DNA of 64,000 bases from the IMG/VR virus record IMGVR_UViG_3300025267_002170, one strand, 5' to 3'. The position numbers and the translations under genes were made by a program. The notes below the pieces were generated by a model. That model saw only the letters and a list, made by a program, of their open reading frames with translations, searched no databases and was not told the origin of the DNA. The DNA comes from a virus (lineage: Duplodnaviria; Caudoviricetes). Shown one piece after another: positions 56,816-64,000 of the stretch; within the stretch, counting starts at the first letter, position 1, and each line of letters starts with the position of its first letter.

Positions 56816-57700
56816 TTAATTCGTTAACTCTAATCTAAAGGCAATGGCACAAGCACTCCCAATAGCGCATCCTGCACAGGGGCATTCCGCATCCGAACTT
56901 CCTACTCCAGAAAATGCTCCAAGTTTAACCGAAAGGGGCTGACACGTACAGTCATCTACGGTTCCTGCTACAATATGCTTATTTTCAGCCCCATTGGTTA
57001 AGCTAAGAACACAATCGGGATAGTCCTCCTCTATATAAGCCCAAAAATTCTCACACCCACCGAAGGTTTCTAAACAATATACAACTACTTTAAAAGTACC
57101 ACCAGCATAAGTTGCGTTTCCCCTCCACCAGTCTCCTACGCTTTCCCCCACCTCAGAGGCGTCTGGCGTAGGCTCGACTCCATCTTTGTATGAAAGAGTG
57201 AATGTTGCACTATTACCTAAATTACACCCACTGGGGTCGCTCTCCTCCATCAACCGTCCTGTTATATCCTCTTCTATACAACAGGCACAGCCACAATCAC
57301 CGGAATTTACATCACAACATTTATAACAACGAATAGTGTCACTTCCGTATGTATCACTCTTGTACCCATCACAGTTGTTGCCGGGAACACCGTCTGGCGG
57401 CGGCGTGGCGCAGTCACAATCGTTTTGGCTTGTGTAAGTACAATGGTCTCCATCAGTATCCTCATCACCGTCTCCCTGAGTCCAAGTGGTTGCTGTAATT
57501 GTTTTAAACCAAACACAATGCCCGCAGTCACAAAGATGTGACGCAATAGAGGATGATAAAGAACTACTGCTGGAAGACAAAGAAGATTGACTTTCGGAAC
57601 TAGAAGACGAAACAGAGGAAATACTACTGCTGCTAACAGAAGATATACTGCTAGAACTAACGCTACAGCATTCACAACCTTCTTTATATGTTACTGTCAT
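56816..57700 (-). CDS. Ser-tract, Cys-rich protein (candidate glycosylated virion protein)
   Basis: About 30 Ser in a ~40-residue N-terminal tract; about 27 Cys in 294 aa. Confidence 0.65.
   Translation of the reverse strand: MTVTYKEGCECCSVSSSSISSVSSSSISSVSSSSSESQSSLSSSSSSLSSSIASHLCDCGHCVWFKTITATTWTQGDGDEDTDGDHCTYTSQNDCDCATPPPDGVPGNNCDGYKSDTYGSDTIRCYKCCDVNSGDCGCACCIEEDITGRLMEESDPSGCNLGNSATFTLSYKDGVEPTPDASEVGESVGDWWRGNATYAGGTFKVVVYCLETFGGCENFWAYIEEDYPDCVLSLTNGAENKHIVAGTVDDCTCQPLSVKLGAFSGVGSSDAECPCAGCAIGSACAIAFRLELTN
57548..57664 (-). repeat. Ser-rich low-complexity tract, (SSSSISSV)x2 plus degenerate units
   Basis: Repeated at the protein level and encoded by mixed TCN/AGY codons. Confidence 0.75.
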
Positions 57701-58475
57701 CAGTCATTCCATGTGATATATCGTAATCTTCTCCAACAAAATCTTTTGCAGACTTTCTTCCTTTTGCTTGGTTCAGATTATTATTCCAGAGAGTGGATGT
57801 CTTCCCAATATGTTGAGACAGGGATGGTGAAAAATAATACGGAGGCTTTTTTATCCTATACAACCATCTACCAATAATATTATCTATATTTCTATCTCCA
57901 TCATGGCCTGTACAAACTGCATGATTTATACAATTTTTTGCTCTGTCTGGTGGAAAAAAGAATGTCTGAGCCATCCACAATTTTCCTCCATAGTTTCTTC
58001 TATAAAAACCCGGCTTATCTTCTGTATAGTGCGATGGAGTAAAAACTGAAACCAATCCAACATCTGCATTAGGCCATAAAACCTTCTCTAAAAAAATACG
58101 AACCCCTCTACAGAAAACGACATCGTCTTGTATCATGCCGTAACAATCTGCATCGGGGTATAATTCAACAAGCTCCTTCAATCCCTCGAACCAATTTTTC
58201 CAGCATCCGTATTTTTCTTTTCTGTTTATTCTAGGTAATTCTAAATGTCTTTCTCGCAGTTCTGTATTCGGTTCTATAAAAAGGTGAGGATTTTTCCATC
58301 CCGCCCTTATCACACTATCTATTGTTCTAGTATAATACTCCTGCTCTTTTGACCTTGGCGATACTGTAATTCCTATAGCCCAATTAGAAACCTCTGGCTT
58401 GAGCATTTTGTTGTAAGGACCATCGCTCTCGTTATTTTCTCTCCTGTGTGGCTTCTTATAAATAACTCTTGACAT
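57684..58475 (-). CDS. Putative GT-A glycosyltransferase
   Basis: AIGITV.PR, G...NW, IQDD and PSLSQHIG..S. Confidence 0.7.
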   Translation of the reverse strand: MSRVIYKKPHRRENNESDGPYNKMLKPEVSNWAIGITVSPRSKEQEYYTRTIDSVIRAGWKNPHLFIEPNTELRERHLELPRINRKEKYGCWKNWFEGLKELVELYPDADCYGMIQDDVVFCRGVRIFLEKVLWPNADVGLVSVFTPSHYTEDKPGFYRRNYGGKLWMAQTFFFPPDRAKNCINHAVCTGHDGDRNIDNIIGRWLYRIKKPPYYFSPSLSQHIGKTSTLWNNNLNQAKGRKSAKDFVGEDYDISHGMTDDSNI

Positions 58476-58476
58476 T

Positions 58477-61400
58477 CTAACATTCTGGCTCTAGACACTC
58501 GACACATTCTGGGTCTGCTGGCCACTGGATATAGAAGTCTTTCAACGAAACTGCCAAAGTTCCGTCTGAGCAGCACGAAACGTCACATACTACATAGTCT
58601 TCTTCTAGATGGTATTGAGATTGAATCAACTTGTAGTTGTTTTCTTCTTGGTCTGACCATATGAGAATGTTAGAATTTATTCTAACCGGAATCTTGAGAG
58701 GGTTCTGTACTGTAACTTCTCTTGAATTGCAATCATTTAGCTCAGCCAGAAATGAGCCATCACAGCTATTTTGCTTTGATGTTCCTTCAAGAATCTGCGG
58801 AGGAGGTTGCCAAGTCTCTGTTGTTGAGTTCCATCTAAGGTCAACTGGGCCAGCCTTCCAGCTATCGCTTTTTCTTCTATGATTTGGTACAAACGCACCC
58901 CCCACACCGGGAACCGGGTCGGCACAAAGGTCAAAGCCCCACCCCACAATATACAGTGGACCTCGCAACCCCATAGGTTTTTGATTACTTCCAAACCCAG
59001 CCCTTTCAATGGTCGGGTCCGAGTTACTGCTCTTTACAACACCCGTATCATGAGCGCTCTCGTTACCATCAAAATTCCAGTGATTGAGATATTGTGCCGT
59101 TGGCCACATGTTATCTCCCCCCATCTCAAACCCAGTTCCGTTGTGGTGTCCGGGGAAATTTCCAGTCGGGCCTTGTGCTCCAAAGCCTCTAACCACCGCG
59201 CTCCAATCCACATAGGATTTATTGGTTCCATCGTTTTGGGAGTAAACCCTTAGCTCATCATTGCCTAAAGAGCCTACATAAGGATATACAAAATCACCAA
59301 ACTTATAAGCATGCATTCCAACGTAAGGATGTGATGTAGTAGCCTGAAACCTCTTTGGAGGAGTCAGCTTGTTCTTCATGTTGGTATAAAATTTATTCGG
59401 CGGCGGAACTTTAAATAGTTGTCTAAATATTTTAGATGCCTTGTTCCTATTGTTAACCACCTCTTCAATTTTTTTCTGGTTGAACATAGCGAGCTTGCCA
59501 AAAGCAACTTTCCAAGTAGCCATTTGGTATGTTGTTTGTATCTGGTCTGCTGCTACGTTAACACTAAGCCCTGTTAAATATGGGCCTCCATTGATTAGCT
59601 GGGTTCCTAAGTCAACGCTGTCTATCTGCGGGTCGGTTCCGCTTGTTGGCCCACCCGTAAGAGTTATGCTTCCCCTTTCGGCCTGTTGTCCGTCTACAGT
59701 GTTAGCAAAAACTCTAGCCAAGGCTATGCTATCTAAGATGTTCGTTGAAGCAAAGTTTTCTGGTTTTAATTCGCTGTCAACCTCTAGGTCTATCTTTCCA
59801 TACCCCGTCCCAATTGTAGCGGACTGAGAGGCCCAAGGACCGTAAACGTGATACCTTGATTCTTGTGGAACTCCATATTCAAACGGGTATGCCGTAGAAG
59901 GGGCTATAGTATATTTACCGTTGTCAGAGCCAAAGCTTGTTGTAAAGGCTTGAGACTGTAGCGATGTTCCATAGGCGAGGTCCATACTTTCCCACAGCCC
60001 GTTGTAGTTCATGTCAAATCTTTTTGGAGTGCTGCCAACTTTAACCAGAGCGTAGTTGTATATCCCAGCGTCAAAAACTTTTGAATCTATATTTAGGTTA
60101 ACGAGAGTAGCACTTCCAGCACTTGGATACACAAAGTCATCGTCTCCAAATTCGCTAAAATCATTCCAAGTAGAGTACGTTACAAAACCCTTAACTCTTC
60201 CTTTGTCATCAACCAGATTTGCATCATATTGTCCGTTAATATATCCCGGCTCTACCCAGCCAGCGCTGGTTATTTCCCACTCATTTACCCTTTGCCCAAC
60301 TTCCCCGTAGCCCTTGACCATTAACGGAAGAGGGACCGCCAATTGTTTCCCGTAAAAATCGTTAGCCAAAGTTCTGACGGCGTTATAAATTTTGTCAGTT
60401 TGTTCATTTAACTGAGCAGCATGCACCTGATTTGAAATGTTTGTTTCTATTCTGGTTAAGGCATTATATAGAAAAGGAGTTAGGTTACCTGTCTGTAGCT
60501 TTGCTAGAATAGATGGCGTTATTCTAGAAAAACTTGAGCCAATATTATATGCTCCAGCTATATTCATTCCGCCGGGATTAAAGGCGTTTGGTATCCCAGA
60601 ACGACAAGCACAAATAAAAGCCTCCCAAGCATCTTTGCTAACCATCGCGTGTCGCATTTCTCTAACTGTACACAGATAGAATCCGACACCGGGAACCTGA
60701 GCCATGACTTGGCTGGCATCATTAATAGAGTTTACACCAGTAGCACTAAGAGATGCTCCAACGGAATTTGTTGAAGTGGCCCATACTTGAAATATCGAGT
60801 TTCCTGTAGCAATACGAGACTGTTTACCCCCGATAAGAACTTTACCTATCGGGTCGTCTGAAAGCTCCCTACCGTGAGTGGCAGACACCAACCTCTTAAG
60901 TTCGCCAGCGGAGTTGGTGACTACATCGTCTGCCTCGAACGGAACACCGGCAGTTTCTTGCGGCTGGTCTGGCCTGTCTAGGTTTCTTTGACCTCTAGAC
61001 ACGTCTCCCGCGCCAACCAACTCCTCAATCATATTTTGTATGACAGTGAGGCTTGTTGGAGGGGCTGTTCTTCTGACAACATTTACCCTGATGACTCCAG
61101 ATATAGGAGCGCCGTCCGTTGGGTCTGTATCGTTTATATCTGCAACACCATTACCTATTGCTGGACCAATTCTATTAAGCCATTCATTTGTAGTAGAGCT
61201 TGGGTCGTAATCTTGCTCCCTACCAATCCTGTCAATAGTCAAGTAAAAGTCACAGCTAGCAGTTTGACAAACATCCGAGATAAGCTGAAGAAGAGTGGAG
61301 TTGTTAGTTCCAAATCTATAGTTAACTGGAAGTATACCATCTACATACAAATCCCATAAATCAATCATATCAACTCTAAATCTGCTTCCAGCAAATTTGA

Positions 61401-62196
61401 TTGGACCACCAAATTGATGATGCGGACCCCATATCTTTTCGTTAATAACATCTACTACGGTTTCAAGACAGGTCAGCCAGTTCATGCCGGTCTGGTCCAT
61501 GCCAGCAATTGTACCGTCCCAGTTTGTTCTAGTAGTTCCCAATCCAAAAAACTGTTCAATATAACCGTATGGATTTATCACGTTATAAAATATTTGGCTG
61601 AACCCGCCGGGGTTCCACATTCCCAAACTTAGATATGGGCTGGAACCAAAATTAAACGTGGGGTTGTTTAGAGCGCCGCCTTCAAATGTGCTTGGTCCTC
61701 TATTTGAGTAGTTGTACGTGGCGGTGGACCACCCGTAGTTTGGCTCTCCCATGCCTATGTAGTCGCCCAGAATGACCTGAACTCCATCCAGAACAGAGGT
61801 TGCGTCTTCAACCGATACCGTGTGAGTGACTCCCCCGGCTGGACTTATATTTCTTTCTACAGATTTCAATATTCCATTAAACTTAAACTCTTCAAACTTA
61901 AAAAATACAGCGTTTCCCAGAGCAGGGAAATAGAACTCATCTCCGGCAGGATATGAGCTTGGAATATTTGGGTCGTTGGCTACGCTTGCTACCCTGCCCT
62001 GTCCGTCTGTAGTAAAGTTATAATTACCGTAAGATATATCGTTAGTTGTTCTTACGTTTGCTTTATCTTCTACGATATTTATCTGTAGAGACGAACCCTG
62101 ACTTCTAAACGCCAGACTAGAATTGAAGTCTATTATCGTGGCGCCAAGAAAGGTGGTTTGAGAACCGTCTGATGTTTGATTATTTGTTGTAGCCAT
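58477..62196 (-). CDS. Large putative virion structural (tail/baseplate-like) protein
   Basis: 1239 aa, Gly/Asn/Thr-rich; C-terminal GPVDLRW and Cys-rich end; fold not assigned. Confidence 0.55.
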   Translation of the reverse strand: MATTNNQTSDGSQTTFLGATIIDFNSSLAFRSQGSSLQINIVEDKANVRTTNDISYGNYNFTTDGQGRVASVANDPNIPSSYPAGDEFYFPALGNAVFFKFEEFKFNGILKSVERNISPAGGVTHTVSVEDATSVLDGVQVILGDYIGMGEPNYGWSTATYNYSNRGPSTFEGGALNNPTFNFGSSPYLSLGMWNPGGFSQIFYNVINPYGYIEQFFGLGTTRTNWDGTIAGMDQTGMNWLTCLETVVDVINEKIWGPHHQFGGPIKFAGSRFRVDMIDLWDLYVDGILPVNYRFGTNNSTLLQLISDVCQTASCDFYLTIDRIGREQDYDPSSTTNEWLNRIGPAIGNGVADINDTDPTDGAPISGVIRVNVVRRTAPPTSLTVIQNMIEELVGAGDVSRGQRNLDRPDQPQETAGVPFEADDVVTNSAGELKRLVSATHGRELSDDPIGKVLIGGKQSRIATGNSIFQVWATSTNSVGASLSATGVNSINDASQVMAQVPGVGFYLCTVREMRHAMVSKDAWEAFICACRSGIPNAFNPGGMNIAGAYNIGSSFSRITPSILAKLQTGNLTPFLYNALTRIETNISNQVHAAQLNEQTDKIYNAVRTLANDFYGKQLAVPLPLMVKGYGEVGQRVNEWEITSAGWVEPGYINGQYDANLVDDKGRVKGFVTYSTWNDFSEFGDDDFVYPSAGSATLVNLNIDSKVFDAGIYNYALVKVGSTPKRFDMNYNGLWESMDLAYGTSLQSQAFTTSFGSDNGKYTIAPSTAYPFEYGVPQESRYHVYGPWASQSATIGTGYGKIDLEVDSELKPENFASTNILDSIALARVFANTVDGQQAERGSITLTGGPTSGTDPQIDSVDLGTQLINGGPYLTGLSVNVAADQIQTTYQMATWKVAFGKLAMFNQKKIEEVVNNRNKASKIFRQLFKVPPPNKFYTNMKNKLTPPKRFQATTSHPYVGMHAYKFGDFVYPYVGSLGNDELRVYSQNDGTNKSYVDWSAVVRGFGAQGPTGNFPGHHNGTGFEMGGDNMWPTAQYLNHWNFDGNESAHDTGVVKSSNSDPTIERAGFGSNQKPMGLRGPLYIVGWGFDLCADPVPGVGGAFVPNHRRKSDSWKAGPVDLRWNSTTETWQPPPQILEGTSKQNSCDGSFLAELNDCNSREVTVQNPLKIPVRINSNILIWSDQEENNYKLIQSQYHLEEDYVVCDVSCCSDGTLAVSLKDFYIQWPADPECVECLEPEC

Positions 62197-62199
62197 ATA

Positions 62200-63957
62200 C
62201 TAGAAATTCATATTTGGCGAGAAGATTGTCGGGTAATTTGTAAGGCTCTTCTCATAGGTCCAAGTAATATTAAGTGAATATCTTCCTGCTCTATAGTCCC
62301 AAGTTTCTTGTGGGGCTGCATAGAAAACCTTATTATTTTCTACTCCGGTTTCGTCTGTGGGGTCTGCTGCGTCAATAATCTTGTCAATAGCAGTTTTCAT
62401 ATCATCCGGTGTTGTTCTATTGCTAGGCTTGTCGGTAATGAGTGCGTCTTTAATTGTGGTTACGTCACAATTTGCATAGGTCTTAGGAGGCACTACAACT
62501 TCAAGAGAAAGACTTCTTACGTAAGGAGAATCTGCTGCCCCCAACCACTGAAGTATTGGTCCTCTCTTTCTTCCGATTGTTGGAATCGTTGCGAATAAAT
62601 ATCCCGGCACTGTGTCTTGTATATTTATATTTTCCGAAAGTGCCCCCGGAATGCAGCCCGCTGGCCTGTCATCAAACTCTACGCTATATGTAATTATTCC
62701 CTGATTTGGATTTGCCCCAACTGTTTTATTGATAGGAATAATATTTAATGTATTTTCATCTGCTACACCACCAAGATTAGCCGCCATGCCTCTCAATATA
62801 GTATTGCTGCTCATCCCGGTCCATACTCCACTGGCGTTTGCAAATGCATTTACTCCAGATGCGGTTGGACAATTGCTGTTAAGTCCAGTAATAGTACCGT
62901 TTAAAGATACTCTAGTGAGGGCGTCTTCTGAGCTTGTAGTTAGGGAACATTCTACCTGTTCTGTTGCGCTGGCCGTACTTAAAACGAAGGTCTCTGTAAC
63001 CGAAAAAGACCCCGTGGTTTCATCCACCTGCTGGGTTCTTGCGTGGTTTCTGCTTGCGTATCCCGGTTCTAAATCTAAGACTCCACCGGCATTAAGCTGA
63101 AGCCTTGTCAGGTCTGCAACCGGACATGCCTCATACTTAAGAATCTGTTCTACATGTCCCCTAGCCTGTTGCCAAGCAATTCCGCTGGTTGCTAGTTCTG
63201 TCGGGTTGCTTGTATCGTATTTATTTCTTCCAACAGCGCTTACTGTATGCGTTACGGCGAAAGATTTGGTTGGCGTAATAAGGCTATAGTCGACAATCAC
63301 GCCGGTTATCGGGTCAACCGCTTCAGGACCGTCTCGTGTAATCCCTCTAAGGCCATCGTCTTCCGCTATTTCCCAACTTTCTGTTGAATCGGAAATGTTC
63401 CAATTAAGCTGGTCTTCTATAACGGGGACTGTTCCATCAGGACCAATTAGCGCATCAGCTTCAAGCGTAATTGTATATCTACAAATTTGGTTCCATCCTA
63501 CTGCATCTGGACCTCCCCCTTCAAAATTGATATCTACTACTTTGGCTGCAAACTTCAGGGGAGACGAACCATCAGACGATTGTATTTCTAAAAGACCTCC
63601 GTCCCCCGTAGTCGTTCCTACTCCTGTAACACCATCAGAATCTGTTAGATAGTTATCCCCAGTATATCGGAACAACTCCCTAATAGCTTCTTGCTTTCTG
63701 AGTATGCATGCAAGACGACTGGCTTCTGTAACCTCAAGTGAATCATCAGTTGTAGGATTCCAAGTGATTGCAAGAGAGCTTGGGTCGCAACTAGGCGAGC
63801 CTCTAAATGACAACATTATCCCAGTTAGAGTTATATTATAAACAGAGCCAATTATATCTCCAGCCCCATTCTTTGTGAACTGCTTGGAGATGTCTGCCAT
63901 TGGCGCGGGGATTAATTTTCTTGCTGCCCCTGAGCTATTAGTATATTGAACTGCCAT
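62200..63957 (-). CDS. Putative virion structural protein
   Basis: 585 aa, beta-rich and Thr/Ser/Gly-rich; upstream of the large structural gene in the same operon. Confidence 0.55.
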   Translation of the reverse strand: MAVQYTNSSGAARKLIPAPMADISKQFTKNGAGDIIGSVYNITLTGIMLSFRGSPSCDPSSLAITWNPTTDDSLEVTEASRLACILRKQEAIRELFRYTGDNYLTDSDGVTGVGTTTGDGGLLEIQSSDGSSPLKFAAKVVDINFEGGGPDAVGWNQICRYTITLEADALIGPDGTVPVIEDQLNWNISDSTESWEIAEDDGLRGITRDGPEAVDPITGVIVDYSLITPTKSFAVTHTVSAVGRNKYDTSNPTELATSGIAWQQARGHVEQILKYEACPVADLTRLQLNAGGVLDLEPGYASRNHARTQQVDETTGSFSVTETFVLSTASATEQVECSLTTSSEDALTRVSLNGTITGLNSNCPTASGVNAFANASGVWTGMSSNTILRGMAANLGGVADENTLNIIPINKTVGANPNQGIITYSVEFDDRPAGCIPGALSENINIQDTVPGYLFATIPTIGRKRGPILQWLGAADSPYVRSLSLEVVVPPKTYANCDVTTIKDALITDKPSNRTTPDDMKTAIDKIIDAADPTDETGVENNKVFYAAPQETWDYRAGRYSLNITWTYEKSLTNYPTIFSPNMNF

Positions 63958-63959
63958 AT

Positions 63960-64000
63960 TTAAAACCCGTGAGTATATAGTGTAGTTGTACCACTAGGAG
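63960..64000 (-). CDS. 3' end of an upstream ORF truncated by the window
   Basis: ...PSGTTTLYTHGF* ends 2 nt before the ATG at 63957. Confidence 0.35.
   Translation of the reverse strand, partial: PSGTTTLYTHGF

Noticed and set aside
540-63652. Numerous short antisense or alternate-frame ORFs in the track (e.g. 1031-1366, 7106-7819, 23499-24023, 59441-59827)
   Set aside because: They lie wholly within well-supported genes and show no motifs; treated as shadow ORFs.
1-64000. CRISPR array, tRNA, rRNA, IS element or integrase
   Set aside because: No repeat-spacer pattern, cloverleaf or transposase/integrase motif seen; there is almost no intergenic space.
1-64000. Stop-codon reassignment
   Set aside because: Conserved genes are full length in the standard code, and TAA, TAG and TGA all terminate genes at expected positions.
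1-64000. Host assignment (e.g. Planctomycetota, from the style of the exported proteases and Cys-rich proteins)
   Set aside because: An impression only; it cannot be supported without homology or spacer searches.

Overview
This window reads as a 64-kb piece of a large dsDNA bacteriophage genome (densely packed genes with overlapping stop/start codons, standard genetic code, roughly 40% GC by eye). The + strand (1-49.7 kb) carries three blocks. First, an envelope/lysis-like block: a permuted NlpC/P60 fragment, two signal-peptide trypsin-like proteases and a small holin-like protein. Second, nucleotide metabolism and replication/recombination: dCMP deaminase, class II RNR, dUTPase, ThyX, dNMP kinase, PhoH, a divergent RecA, DnaB, primase, a Cas4/AddB-like nuclease, an intein-less two-gene split DnaE with a nuclease and a DnaQ gene between the halves, SSB and a minimal sigma factor. 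Third, a ~22-kb glycan synthesis/tailoring island that includes a GT29 sialyltransferase-NeuB-NeuA trio. A bidirectional terminator at ~49.7 kb separates this from a - strand structural-type operon (49.8-64 kb). That operon embeds a second ~8-kb glycosylation block next to a Ser/Cys-rich protein. The strongest candidate novel system is phage-encoded glycosylation with nonulosonic acid, fucose and sulfate chemistry, probably decorating the virion. Other signals: an A9 tract that would fuse two genes by -1 slippage, and an apparent absence of GATC and CCWGG. All family calls come from motif recognition by eye; no searches were run and the host cannot be assigned.
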